Source: Haliotis cracherodii
Taxonomy: Eukaryota
Direction of reading: 5' to 3'
Length of the DNA: 64,000 bases
NCBI RefSeq assembly: GCF_022045235.1
Contig: NW_027266274.1
Span: forward strand, 4,340,001 to 4,404,000
The translations under genes and the position numbers were made by a program. Under the pieces are notes generated by a model, which was not told the origin of the DNA, searched no databases, and worked only from the letters and a program-made list of their open reading frames with translations. Below, in pieces: positions 48,801 to 56,795 of this stretch; within the stretch, counting starts at the first letter, position 1; every line of letters begins with the position of its first letter.

Positions 48801-51735
48801 GAATTGGATTTATGCTTGATCATTTTAAACAAGATTATGTAAACAAACAAATAATCCTACCAACATTAAGACATTGAAGCTCATTCTGATATTTATTTAG
48901 CAAACATTAAACATATTATTATAAGTCTTTTCTCCCTGTAACATATATACAGCTGTAGCTCTTTTATAGAGACTTGGGGGTCTTATTTGATTATATTCTT
49001 TTTTAAACTTTGATTGATCTAGTATTGCAAGTAACCTGAAAATCATTTGTTATTATTTTAAATAATTGCATGGAGATGTATACGGGTATGTTATGTTAAA
49101 TCAGAATGTATAAAGCATCAAGTGATTGTGTTGTGTGCCTGTTCCACAGATGGACAAGTTCCTGTCAGGGTTTGGGATTGCTGGTTTGATGGGTGCCTCC
49201 CAGCAGACGGAGCCAAATGGGGGCCCTGTGCCGGTGGCCGCCCCCTCTACACCAAGGCCCTCTGTCCAGCCACCAGGCACTGCTAAGGTAATACATCCTG
49301 TTACAATATTATCACAGATCTTCAGTTTTAAAGACATATGGAGCATACCTGATTCATCCACTGTGAACCTTAAACAGGCATGAGAATGGGCTTGTCTGTT
49401 GATACTAAGTGACACCTTTGACCCAAGACCCACATGGCTGTGTTCTGTAATGAATGTTTGGTTGTCTTGTGTTCACAATGTGGTTGATGGTGTGTCACTG
49501 TGCCCCGACAGTGGGCATTGTTGTTCATGATGTCAACCACTGGTTGTCTTGTGTTCACAATGTGGGTGATGGTGTGTCACTGTGCCCCGACAGTGGGCAT
49601 TGTTGTTCATGATGTCAACCACTGGTTGTCTTGTGTTCACAATGTGGGTGATGGTGTGTCACTGTGCCCCGACAGTGGGCATTGTTGTTCATGATGTCAG
49701 CCACTTGTTGTCTTGTGTTCACAATGTGGGTGATGGTGTGTCACTGTGCCCCGACAGTGGGCATTGTTGTTCATGATGTCAACCACTGGTTGTCTTGTGT
49801 TCACAATGTGGGTGATGGTGTGTCACTGTGCCCCGACAGAGGGCATTGTTGTTCATGATGTCAACCACTGGTTGTCTTGTGTTCACAATATGGTTGATGG
49901 TGTGTCACTGTGCCCCGACAGTGGGCATTGTTGTTCATGATGTCAACCACTGGTTGTCTTGTGTTCACAATATGGTTGATGGTGTGTCACTGTGTCCCGA
50001 CAGTGGGCATTGTTGTTCATGATGTCAGCCACTTGTTGTCTTGTGTTCACAATATGGTTGATGGTGTGTCACTGTGCCCCAACAGTGGGCATTGTTGTTC
50101 ATGATGTCAGCCACTTGTTGTCTTGTGTTCACAATATGGTTGATGGTGTGTCACTGTGCCCCGACAGTGGGCATTGTTGTTCATGATGTCAACCACTGGT
50201 TGTCTTGTGTTCACAATATGGTTGATGGTGTGTCACTGTGCCCCGACAGTGGGCATTGTTGTTCATGATGTCAACCACTGGTTGTCTTGTGTTCACAATA
50301 TGGTTGATGGTGTGTCACTGTGCCCCGACAGTGGGCATTGTTGCTCATGATGTCAACCACTGGTTGCCTTACCCAGACTTACTTTCATGCTGCTAGAATA
50401 TTGCCAACTCCAAAGTAAAATAACATTGACACATCCACTCTTGTCACAGCCTCTTGTGTCAAAAGGTACTGACTATAAGGCATGTGTGCATATCCTGATG
50501 TGGGTCATGAAGGCCCCAGTCATCAAAGGTTGCAGAGTTGCATCCCTTGGTCTTGCCAGGAACCTGTGATCAAGGGTTCAGATCCTGGATTACCCTTATT
50601 TTGTTTCTAGATTTGTCACCACAATGCCCATGCTTGTGGGTTTCACCAAAATGGTAATCGTCTAAGACCTGCATCACTTCAGGCTTTCCTTCCACATCAA
50701 ACTGATATGCCTTTATAGTACTGAAATACTGTTCAAAGAAGTGTTAAACCAAACCCACTCATATCCTGACAGGGTGGATTGTTCCATATTCTGTCAACCA
50801 CCAGTTTGTCTGACCCAAGCTTTGCTATATACACAGGCTGATGTAAAAGCTAGAATATGGCCTTAGACAACATTCACTCACCCACTCACTCAATGTTGCA
50901 GGTGTCGTTGTCCTTGGAGGAGAAACAGAGGCTAGCTCGACAACAAGAACAGGAGCAGAAGCTGAAAGGACAGCGACCGCTCTCTGCTCACAACACACAG
51001 AATAAACCAAAGACAAATGACAAAGTGAAAGACCTGACTTCTACCTTGATGGACACGAACCTCAGAAACATGTCCAGTACAACGCCCAAATCTCAGCCCA
51101 TGTCCTCCATGGGAGGCCAGTCAGGTCCAGTGATGGGAGGCGGTATGTCCAGTTGCTCATACGGAATGTCCAGCTCTTCATCAACAGGCAGTGGGGGCTA
51201 CACTGGGATGAACAGTGGGGGCAGTTTCGGAGGAATGAACAACAGTTCCAGTTTTGGATCAAACAATAGTTCTGGGTTTGGAGGAGTGAACAATAGTTCT
51301 GGGTTTGGAGGAGTGAACAATAGTTCTGGGTTTGGAGGAATGGGCTCCATGAACACTGCTGGCCAGAACAAACAAAAAATGGACATGTCTGCTTTTGATT
51401 CCTTGTTGCCCAGTTCAAATCAACCAAAGAAGTCTATGAATGAAATGGCACAACCTAGAACTGTGGGGATGCCGGGTCAGCAAGGCATGATGGGTGGGCA
51501 GAGGATGGGGATGGTGGGTAATGTGGGCGTGATGGGAAACCCGGGCATGATGGGATACCAGCAGAACATGAATGGAGGTTTTGGACAGATGGGGAACCAG
51601 ATGGGGAACCAGATGAACTTTGGATGTGTGGGGAGTACCGGATCCATGCCCACGTCCAATTCCCAAATGCTGACTCCCCAAACATCCAGTCAAGTGAAAC
51701 CCAGTGGGAATGACTTAGCTGATATTTTTGGCTGA
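21855..51735 (+). CDS. SCYL2: SCY1-like protein 2 (CVAK104) pseudokinase with HEAT repeats, 16 coding exons, 960 aa
   Basis: Exons 21855-22007, 23232-23389, 23630-23771, 24772-24921, 29738-29953, 36891-37007, 38684-38809, 39630-39806, 42250-42372, 45105-45218, 45890-46022, 46534-46652, 48216-48316, 48560-48641, 49150-49287, 50902-51735. All GT-AG, total 2883 nt. Motifs: LPGNPL, LTKLRHP, LAFATEPV, HHNICPE, WKLAGFDF, LDYLAPEY, IRVNCLLCLGK, LSLEEKQRLA, C-terminal DLADIFG. Confidence 0.95.
22373..22709. mobile_element. MITE with about 45-bp imperfect TIRs
   Basis: tatacagaaaatgtaccctaaccaaaattagaatacagaa matches the reverse complement of ttctgtgttttgattttggctagggtatatttctgtata. Confidence 0.6.
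24916..25497. repeat. 83-bp minisatellite, 7 copies, starting at the SCYL2 coding exon 4 donor
   Basis: Unit starts at 24916, 24999, 25082, 25165, 25243, 25326, 25409. Confidence 0.93.
27426..29079. mobile_element. Non-autonomous hAT-type element with a nested insertion
   Basis: TAGGG...CCCTA termini and a perfect 8-bp TSD GAAAATAC (27418-27425 and 29080-29087). Confidence 0.8.
28585..28755. repeat. About 170-bp near-perfect palindrome, probably the end of a nested non-autonomous element
   Basis: Arms attgactgt...ttcggttcattgaggtatgaatcgaaaaaccga / tcggtttttcgattcatacctcaatgaaccgaa...acagtcaat; apex gaatccgc-tac-gcggattc. Confidence 0.85.
30207..30351 (+). repeat. DIRS left inverted terminal repeat
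   Basis: Reverse complement of 35962-36106. Confidence 0.95.
30739..32163 (+). CDS. DIRS gag-like protein (474 aa from ATG 30739; frame open from 30634)
   Basis: N-terminal Cys/His cluster CGVC...DPHDRCPRC...CTLC, Ala/Pro-rich middle, basic C-terminus; first ORF of the element. Confidence 0.85.
   Translation: MSDMDMSPVSTPSTPAPRSCGVCRKFLSSRDPHDRCPRCRVPCGDTRCTLCEGLGPAEFERYRLYVQSVSTPVVAGSSGRGPRAGTTSSAAADPLAALGLSGDSVAALLSKLVDSKLAALSQDRPLAVPSPASSVAAGSDAGSTGTAAAAVVTGPSPEPLLPLSVKDRVAMVYDLFEDMPKPLPIPRGIHGSVGSSEVYDETSDKAFPASTLLRGIKPSLEKAFTAASDRGLPLPPPSWRKGSFPVHDLAFPEAGPSAEAHVERLGVRAPPVATVPQGTLQQLDTLARHSMLALSHGDTYLAAAASLVEGSPTDRDQRIYNCLLGVNASLEYVAGASAFVSGTCHFLRRQSYLAASGLDAANQEVLLSQPWSARTLFNNKIPGVLKEQQAAVSADASRHTLDLVGSLHRRLGAAPKRSAPQDAASGRPKGSGPSSSGKKPRSEGSGKGSQQPFRGKKGNWGKPKSSKDGKGPSR
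31922..35212 (+). CDS. DIRS RT - RNase H - DAM-like methyltransferase, joined in frame to the tyrosine recombinase (1096 aa as assembled)
   Basis: RT: IDLKDAYLHVP, LPFGLSSAP, YLDD. RH: TDAS-GWGA, HINCLE, TDN, NVLADALSR. MT: DLFA, YAYPP, LIAPMWP. YR: ARVSEI, CPVRAL, HEIR, YW, FANHY. The junction falls at a 5-C run (34027-34031). Confidence 0.9.
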   Translation: MPLGTHWILWGPCIGAWVPLRSGARPRMLRPAGLRGRVLLPPGRSPALRAPVRVLSSPFAGRRGTGGSPSRLRTARAPPGDSHWRGSYADSANFGWPVGEPESLGPGQLRLPQPVRPPSVSPVGARLQTYWENWEQVFDDPWVVNTIRYGYRLDLKANPPLTVAPSAGFYSETDLPFLADAIGRLVKKRAVRELALPEITPGFYSRIFLVPKKDSAELRMIHNLKSFNEFYLRKPPKFRMLSLTDLKALIMPADWLASIDLKDAYLHVPIHSDHHKYLRFVFQGRHYEWVVLPFGLSSAPWLFTRLTTPIVGFLHRRGVRYFAYLDDSLVANRMTDTLSRHLVFARRLLEQLGWIVNLPKSELTPSQNLQFIGGRFNTVSHRLFVPPDRWHKIQAMIAKVLAVQQTVHFWEQLLGLLVSAQDCTERGRLQLRPLQRFLIQLLATEVNSATVALPDRLRPHLEWWTLPYNVLSGVSMRPYRATLNLYTDASLVGWGAHLEGEVSSGLWCVDELGLHINCLEFNAVINAVNHWKHRLVDARLMLATDNTTVVSYVNKLGGTHSHSLLDLTFEFYALVDSVPCQIRARHIPGVRNVLADALSRPQDPSPTEWMLNPVVFQWLCERLGRPMVDLFATRFNNQLPLFVSPVPDPRAIDHDALALDWTGLDAYAYPPTALIPHILSRLRGVRCRMLLIAPMWPNRSWYPRLADPGHAVATPTACETGSLDPPSHPSASSKRRAVQSARVDVVTEGLRSKGFFRRASRAYVSMHRDSTQKVYNARWVIFTKWCCKHHIHSPDKVSVQDIARFMSHLRETRKLSGGSIANYVSSVATVRDVAMGTSLSKEPVIRGIIKGFKQHDLKKGRLRAPAWDLSLVLQSLTEAPYEPLHSASFRHVTWKTAFLLSFATAARVSEIHALDVAKVRFDRGDEGAVRLGLLMGFVAKNQRVGQTEREFTVRSLKEILHPADTEDRALCPVRALKYYLKASNERRQGRDRLFISCNPNRTVDITRNSIALWLRSVINLAYRSRGLPVAGSNPHEIRALAATFALHSNISVHRILRGCYWRSDSVFANHYLRKVSDEDVEGVHRLGPLIAAQAVI
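32164..34041 (+). CDS. Overlapping ORF, interpreted as the N-terminal extension of the DIRS recombinase ORF
   Basis: About 625 stop-free codons in the gag frame overlapping RT/RH/MT; becomes continuous with the YR domain if one C is removed at 34027-34031. Confidence 0.7.
   Translation, partial: LSLEGFVCRQRQLRLARRRTRVTWPWTVAPAAARPAPLCVPSGSQTPDLLGELGTSVRRPVGGQHDSVRLSARSQSESAAHRCPVGRFLFGNRSSLPRRCHRQVGEEEGSSGVSSTRNNTGVLLQDISRSQEGQCRTQNDSQLEIVQRVLPAQAAQVQNVELDGPESTDHAGRLASFDRPEGCLSACSDSLGSSQVSQVCLSRQALRVGCTPIRSFIRSLAVHPVNHPHSGVPPPEGCPVLRVPGRLASSKSNDGHPVTPSRFRTSALGAIGVDCQSPQERVNPFSELAVHRRSVQHGVPSPICPPRPVAQNSGDDCQSLSGATDCSLLGTAVRATCISPGLHRTGSSPTPPAATVFNPVVSNGGEQCDRRPPGSAPTASGVVDAPLQCLIRSLYAALPGHVEPVYRRLSSGLGRPSRGGGELGAVVRRRTRSSHQLSRVQCSDQRSQSLEASSRRRPAHAGDRQHDGSVLCEQTGGNPQSLATRSHVRVLRSGGQCPVPDTRPSHPRCAERTGRCSIEASGSEPHRVDAEPSSVSVAVRTFGSSDGRPVRNTVQQSTPVVCITSPGPEGHRSRCSRVRLDGLGRLCLPADSVDTTHSKPASRSSLSNVTDRAHVAEQIVVPPTC
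35827..35917 (+). repeat. DIRS internal complementary region (ICR)
   Basis: Its reverse complement reads right end + AAA + left end (…ttctac-aaa-ttacatt…). Confidence 0.93.
35962..36137 (+). repeat. DIRS right ITR plus right extension
   Basis: Inverted match to 30207-30351 plus 31 nt matching only the ICR. Confidence 0.95.
37991..38642. mobile_element. Kolobok-like non-autonomous DNA element
   Basis: TTAA on both sides (37987-37990, 38643-38646); purine-start TIRs aggggaagtgtacacg / cgtgtgaacttgccct. Confidence 0.7.
40359..40379 (+). CDS. Candidate 21-nt in-frame SCYL2 microexon (RPQSTYT)
   Basis: Strong pyrimidine tract cttttcttattacttttgttttatag, donor ACG/GTGAAC, phase 0-0 like the host intron; no transcript evidence. 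Confidence 0.4.
42523..42902. repeat. 95-bp tandem repeat, 4 copies
   Basis: Units start at 42523, 42618, 42713, 42808 and are nearly identical. Confidence 0.93.
42944..43548. mobile_element. IS3EU-like MITE
   Basis: About 145-bp TIRs starting TATGGGCGGCC; perfect 6-bp TSD CAAATG (42938-42943, 43549-43554); internal 36-bp repeats. Confidence 0.8.
43983..44935 (-). mobile_element. Hairpin-ended non-autonomous element, inverted homolog of 61958-62730, interrupted by a SINE
   Basis: Colinear reverse-complement match; hairpin apex deleted in this copy. Confidence 0.75.
44120..44355 (+). mobile_element. SINE-like family A
   Basis: cccgtgaagatccggg...gcttgtcgtaagaggc...ctggaatattgctgagtgtgacgttaaacaacaaacc. 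Confidence 0.88.
46715..47895. repeat. 19/27-bp composite minisatellite
   Basis: Units aatgaacagggaggtat(cc/tg) with optional aaagatcc; explains ORFs 46770-48013. Confidence 0.93.
49458..50368. repeat. 82-bp minisatellite, about 11 copies
   Basis: Near-identical 64-aa ORFs recur every 82 bp; contains catgatgtcaaccactggttgtct, resembling a family A SINE fragment. Confidence 0.95.
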
Positions 51736-53195
51736 ATTGTTTATGTGATCATTTTTAAATGTTACCATGGTTACCATGGTTTATTCTCATAACAAACAAA
51801 AGGACTCTACAAAAGGAGCTGTGTTTCAGTTGGTTTTGAAACATTGTGTTACAGTCGGACAAGTGAAAAAGACAAATTATGAACATCGTTTTTATCTCCT
51901 GCTCAAGACATGTCCCTTGAAGTAAATCTTGTCTGACAAGCTGAGTACTTAATATGTTGTTGTTAGGTGAAACTGTTGAAGATGCAGCAATATGGGAATG
52001 TGTAGCAAATGCTCTTCAAGACACAGCAATGACACTAGTCATCAAGTCATCAATAATGTTATGTTAATATAGTTGAGGTCATGTATGAGCCTGATTATTT
52101 GTGCAATATGTTTGGGAAAATGCTCTTGTTTGTACTTACATTACTGATTGAGTGGAGGTACCACAGTTTTATGATCTGAGTATATCCATCAATCAAACAT
52201 CCTTCTGCCTACTCAGGACAGTAATCTTCCAAACTGAATTGTCATAGAAGCTTCCTGTTTGTATGCGTGACGTATTGAACTCTTGTGGATTCTGGGTGAG
52301 CAGAGGCCCCAGTGCTTCATGCTTGTAGTACATGCCAGTTATCATGATTACAGTTTGCCTTGATATGGCAGGAATATTGCTGATAGCATCAACTGACTGT
52401 CATTCAGTCCTACTGGCCCTGCAGCAGTGCTGTAGATAACACTGTAAGGCCTTAAGTTGTCCTAGTGATCCATCTTGGAGTAACTGGGACACTGTTCTCT
52501 AAAAGATGCATACTAAGCTATTCCGAATACCTGGAGTACTGCTGCTGTAAAGTAGAAATATGGTCCTGGACAAAGGTTCAGCGCCTCCCTTTCTTTATTT
52601 CCTAAACATGAGTGTGTCTGCTTGAACTATCTACACATGACATTGATCTCACTGTGTTACAAGTCTGAGATGCCACTGATGAAAGAGCACGTGGCCTCAA
52701 GTACCATCCTCTGTATCCACAGGCTTGGCATTTCGGTAAACTAACGTCTGAATCCATTGCCGTGGTTATCACGATCTCAAATTACCTGCCCTTGATTTTC
52801 ATGAACATTTTATCAACCAAATGTTGACGTAAGAAAAAATAAAATGGGTAAGGAGGTATCTTGTGTTGCCTAGAAACCAAAACGCCTGTCAGTTTTAATG
52901 GACATGAAGACATCATTTCCATCAAAAAGATTTTTTAGGGCTTTCTTTTACATGTCAGTCAGTATTTTTATGTTAAATTTCTTATGTTTTTGATATTGCC
53001 AACCCAACATTGAGGCTGGTTTGTGACTTGCATCTCTGAGTGGACTGTTAGACTGAGTAGCGTAGCATGTTAACAGCGGCGTTAAACCCAACTCACTCAC
53101 TCACTCACTAGTTTGAAGACACTATCTCTTTAAACATGTGTTGTTGTATTTGTTGTTATTAAGCAGATGTAAGATGCTATTTTATACATTTGTTC

Positions 53196-53436
53196 CTCTG
53201 GTGCAGTTAGAGCCATAGAGTCAAGACTATTTATGCTCTGGTGCAGTTAGAGCCATAGATTCAAGAGACTATTTATGCTCTGGTGCAGTTAGAGCCATAG
53301 AGTCAAGAGACAATTTATGCTCTGGTGCAGTTAGAGCCATAGTCAAGAGACTATTTATGCTCTGGTGCAGTTAGAGCCATAGATTCAAGAGACTATTTAT
53401 GCTCTGGTGCAGTTGGAGCCATAGAGTCAAGACTAT
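53196..53436. repeat. 40-42-bp minisatellite, 6 copies, in the probable SCYL2 3' UTR
   Basis: Unit ctctggtgcagttagagccatagagtcaagagactatttatg. Confidence 0.9.
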
Positions 53437-53578
53437 TTTTTTAATGACTAAAATCTGAAGTCTGATTAAAATTCTGATTTTTAACTATCAAACACACCTC
53501 CACATGCTGTATGTACAGAGAAAGGTGTTACTGTAAAAAGACATGTATACATGCAAGTACATTATTTTAATCAGTCCA

Positions 53579-53744
53579 GGGGCGGTCGGGTAGCCTGGTG
53601 GTTAAAGCGTTCGCTCGTCACGCTGAAGACCCGGGTTCAATTCCCGACATGGGTACAATGTGTGAAGCCCATTTCTGGTGTTCCCCGCCGTGATATTGCT
53701 GGAATATTGCTAAAAGTGGCGTAAAATCAAACTCACTCACTCAC
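53579..53744 (+). mobile_element. tRNA-derived SINE family B, full length
   Basis: A box TAGCCTGGTGG, B box GGTTCAATTCC, (CACT)n tail; further copies at 56509-56665 and 59428-59560, fragments at about 20500-20570 and 26775-26846. Confidence 0.88.
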
Positions 53745-53919
53745 TTAATCAGACCTTCGGATTGCTGTGAAGTCAACATGCCTATATAACATTCCCTGTT
53801 GTTATGGCTTTAACGGAAATACATTTGTTGTAATTGAAAAGGCACCATGTTACACAACATGTATCTCGTGTTACATTTACTTCTCGGCGATTCCTGGTTG
53901 GAACAGGTCCGAAGTAACC

Positions 53920-54170
53920 TTGCGGTAAGAGGCGACTAAATGGACTGGGTGATCATGCACAGCGACTTGGTTGTATTTCATTAACTCTGGTGTTGTGGAC
54001 ATTGCTGATTGTATCAGTCACTGGTTTGTATGGCCCAGAATATTGCTGGCTGCAGTGATATTGCTGGAATATTGCTGAGTGCCATGTTAAACAACTAACA
54101 AACATACAAACAGACGTTACATTTATATCATCTATATTACTGGGAAAATGTTAGGCATTCACTCGCTTGC
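53920..54170 (+). repeat. Diverged family A SINE plus flank, partner of 9870-10112
   Basis: Reverse-complement match to 9870-10112 that extends beyond the SINE tail. Confidence 0.8.
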
Positions 54171-54437
54171 TTAAAGCAATTAACCAATGATTAACACATT
54201 CTTTGGGGTAGTTACTTTTCTTTATAATTTGTATCTGGTATATAATATTATTTTTTGGGCAAGTATTCCTTCATATTATGAAAATATTCTCATGCTTGTG
54301 TCCATACAAAGAGTATCTTTTTGTCAGAAATAATAAGACATTTATTTACATTCTACAAACATATCAGTCTGTGATTGGAAGAATTCATTTTTTGACATTA
54401 ACCAATGACTGAAGGGTCTGTGTATCATGTTTCTTTC

Positions 54438-54999
54438 TTAGCTCACCTGACTGAAAGTCAAGTGAGCTTGTGTCATATTCTGTTTGTCTGGCATTGTGTG
54501 TCGTAAACACCTTTTCAGAAACCACTGGACCAATGAAGTTTAAACTTCAGAAAAACAACAACTATTTGTTCAAGAGGTTTGAATCTGATATTCAAAGTCC
54601 ACCACTGTTGAAAATCCTATTCATTGTCATTAATGGACCAGTTTTGTACAAAATTAATTAAATCTGGTATTTGTTTAGTTATTTGTGGGATTCACTACAT
54701 ATGTTTGGGTTTGTTTTCAACATTTTACAATGACCATGCTCTTGTATTCTCTCAAAACTCATATTTGTCTCTGTAAAAGTCTTTCGCTGAAATTTCCAGA
54801 TTTAAGGAGATGAACTTGTGGCATATTCTTATGATATTTTGGCCAAATCATTAGATGTTAATGTTAATTTCAATATTTCTGCTGAAAATTGAATATTGAT
54901 GCTGACAGCAAGTTTTGTTTAGTGGCAATCTTTGTTGACATTTAAGGCTGTTGACTACATATCCAGGTGAGCTACAGTGCCGTGGCACTGGTTTTTTTT
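54438..54999 (+). mobile_element. Helentron-associated non-autonomous element (HINE/DINE-1-like)
   Basis: 5' subTIR tagctcacctg with inner hairpin tgactgaaagtca and partial IR gtgagct; 3' subTIR caggtgagcta, hairpin cagtgcc-gt-ggcactg, then a T-run. Confidence 0.75.
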
Positions 55000-55260
55000 C
55001 AGTTGGTATCTGACTTCAATATTATGATTTATCTTTTCCAGTAAATACTAGTAAGACGTTGTAGCTGGTTTCTCTTTACTAGGACAGTAATGCTACATTA
55101 GGGAGCTGAGCTTGGTGTATTTGTATTTATTGTTTGCCATAATATCATGTTGCGAAGCTTGTACCATTCCAAGTGCTCTGTTTACAATTGTTCTTCTTTG
55201 ATCATATCTATGCCATTTGATGACAGCAGGCTGTGATTCTCCTTGTTCCATACATGAAGG

Positions 55261-55266
55261 AATAAA
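55261..55266 (+). terminator. Candidate SCYL2 polyadenylation signal
   Basis: AATAAA followed by a GT-rich tract; implies a 3' UTR of about 3.5 kb; other sites are possible. Confidence 0.35.
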
Positions 55267-55611
55267 ACGTATAAATATGTTGTGTTATTTGGCTTGGTTT
55301 GTCAGGTGTTATACCTGTGGGGGTAGAGTAGTTCCTCAGCACCCCGACTGCTGAAGTGTGTAATGTGGGTGGTTACAAACATTGTGTGACATTGTGTGAC
55401 ATTGTGCACACCCAGTGAGAGTGTTGCTCATGCTCTCTGACACTGGGTTGCCTGCCGTAAGTCTCCATAACCTACAGTGTAACCTACAGTGTAACCTACA
55501 GTGTTGTGTACCTGAAGTGTCACAAGTCTCTTTGATGGTTGGTTTGAACTCTCAAAATCCTTGATCCTTGTTTTGTAAACATCATACTCCTGCTCACTGC
55601 ACTCACCAAAG

Positions 55612-56430
55612 ACTTGCATCACATCTGACTTACCTTGCATCACATCTGACTTTCCTTGCATCACATCTGACTTACCTTGCATCACATCTGACTTACCTTG
55701 CATCACATTTGACTTTCCTTGCATCACATCTGACTTTCCTTGTATCACATCTGACTTTCCTTGTATCACATCTGACTTTCCTTGCATCACATCTGACTTT
55801 CCTTGTATCACATCTGACTTTCCTTGCATCACATCTGACTTACCTTGCATCACATCTGACTTTCCTTGCATCACATCTGACTTACCTTGCATCACATCTG
55901 ACTTACCTTGCATCACATTTGACTTTCCTTGCATCACATCTGACTTTCCTTGTATCACATCTGACTTTCCTTGTATCACATCTGACTTTCCTTGCATCAC
56001 ATCTGACTTTCCTTGTATCACATCTGACTTTCCTTGTATCACATCTGACTTTCCTTGTATCACATCTGACTTACCTTGTATCACATCTGACTTTCCTTGT
56101 ATCACATCTGACTTTCCTTGCATCACATCTGACTTTCCTTGCATTACATATGACTTACCTTGCCTAGATTCGGGGTAGAATAGGTCTTCAGCAACCCATG
56201 CTTGCCGTAAGAGGCGACTAACGGGATCGGGTAGTCAGGCTCAGGCTCGCTGACTTGGTTGATGCATGTCATCGATCCCAATTGTGTGGATTGATGTTCA
56301 TGATGTCAATCACTGGATTGTCTGGTTCAGACTCGATTATTTGCACAGACCGCCTTCATATAGCTGGAAAAGCAAAACTTACCTTGCATCACATGTGACT
56401 TACTTGTGCATCATTTCTGACTTTCCTTGC
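55612..56430. repeat. 21-bp minisatellite interrupted by a family A SINE (56165-56368)
   Basis: Unit cttgYatcacatctgacttWc; units resume at 56377. Confidence 0.93.
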
Positions 56431-56795
56431 ATATTTTACAGACAGACAGTTAGATAATAGATACAAACTGCCCACAGCTACTGTTAAACACAACTTACTC
56501 ATCTGCTAGGGGTGCAGTGTTAGCATAGTGGTTAAAGTGCTCGCTTATCATGCTGAAGGCTCGGTTTGATTCCCAATGTGACAATTGGGGAAGGCAGTTT
56601 CTGGTGTCTCCGCTATGATATTGCTAGAATATTATTAATAGTAATTAACATCCAATTCACTCATCTCTTATCACACAAAGTAATATCATTTCTTCAAATG
56701 GTTCACATGTAATGACACAATAGATTGGAGTCTTTTATTTTCATTAGTCGGAAAAGGATTTTTGGACAAATGCAAATTGAATTTTCCTTCCATTT

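Noticed and set aside
49500-50350. Nine near-identical 64-aa ORFs resembling a peptide gene array
   Set aside because: Overlapping products of an intronic 82-bp minisatellite, mostly with non-ATG starts
53579-53650. tRNA gene
   Set aside because: A and B boxes belong to a multi-copy SINE head; no proper cloverleaf end or T-run terminator
55428-56167. QGKSDVM and LASHLTF repeat ORFs
   Set aside because: 21-bp minisatellite translations
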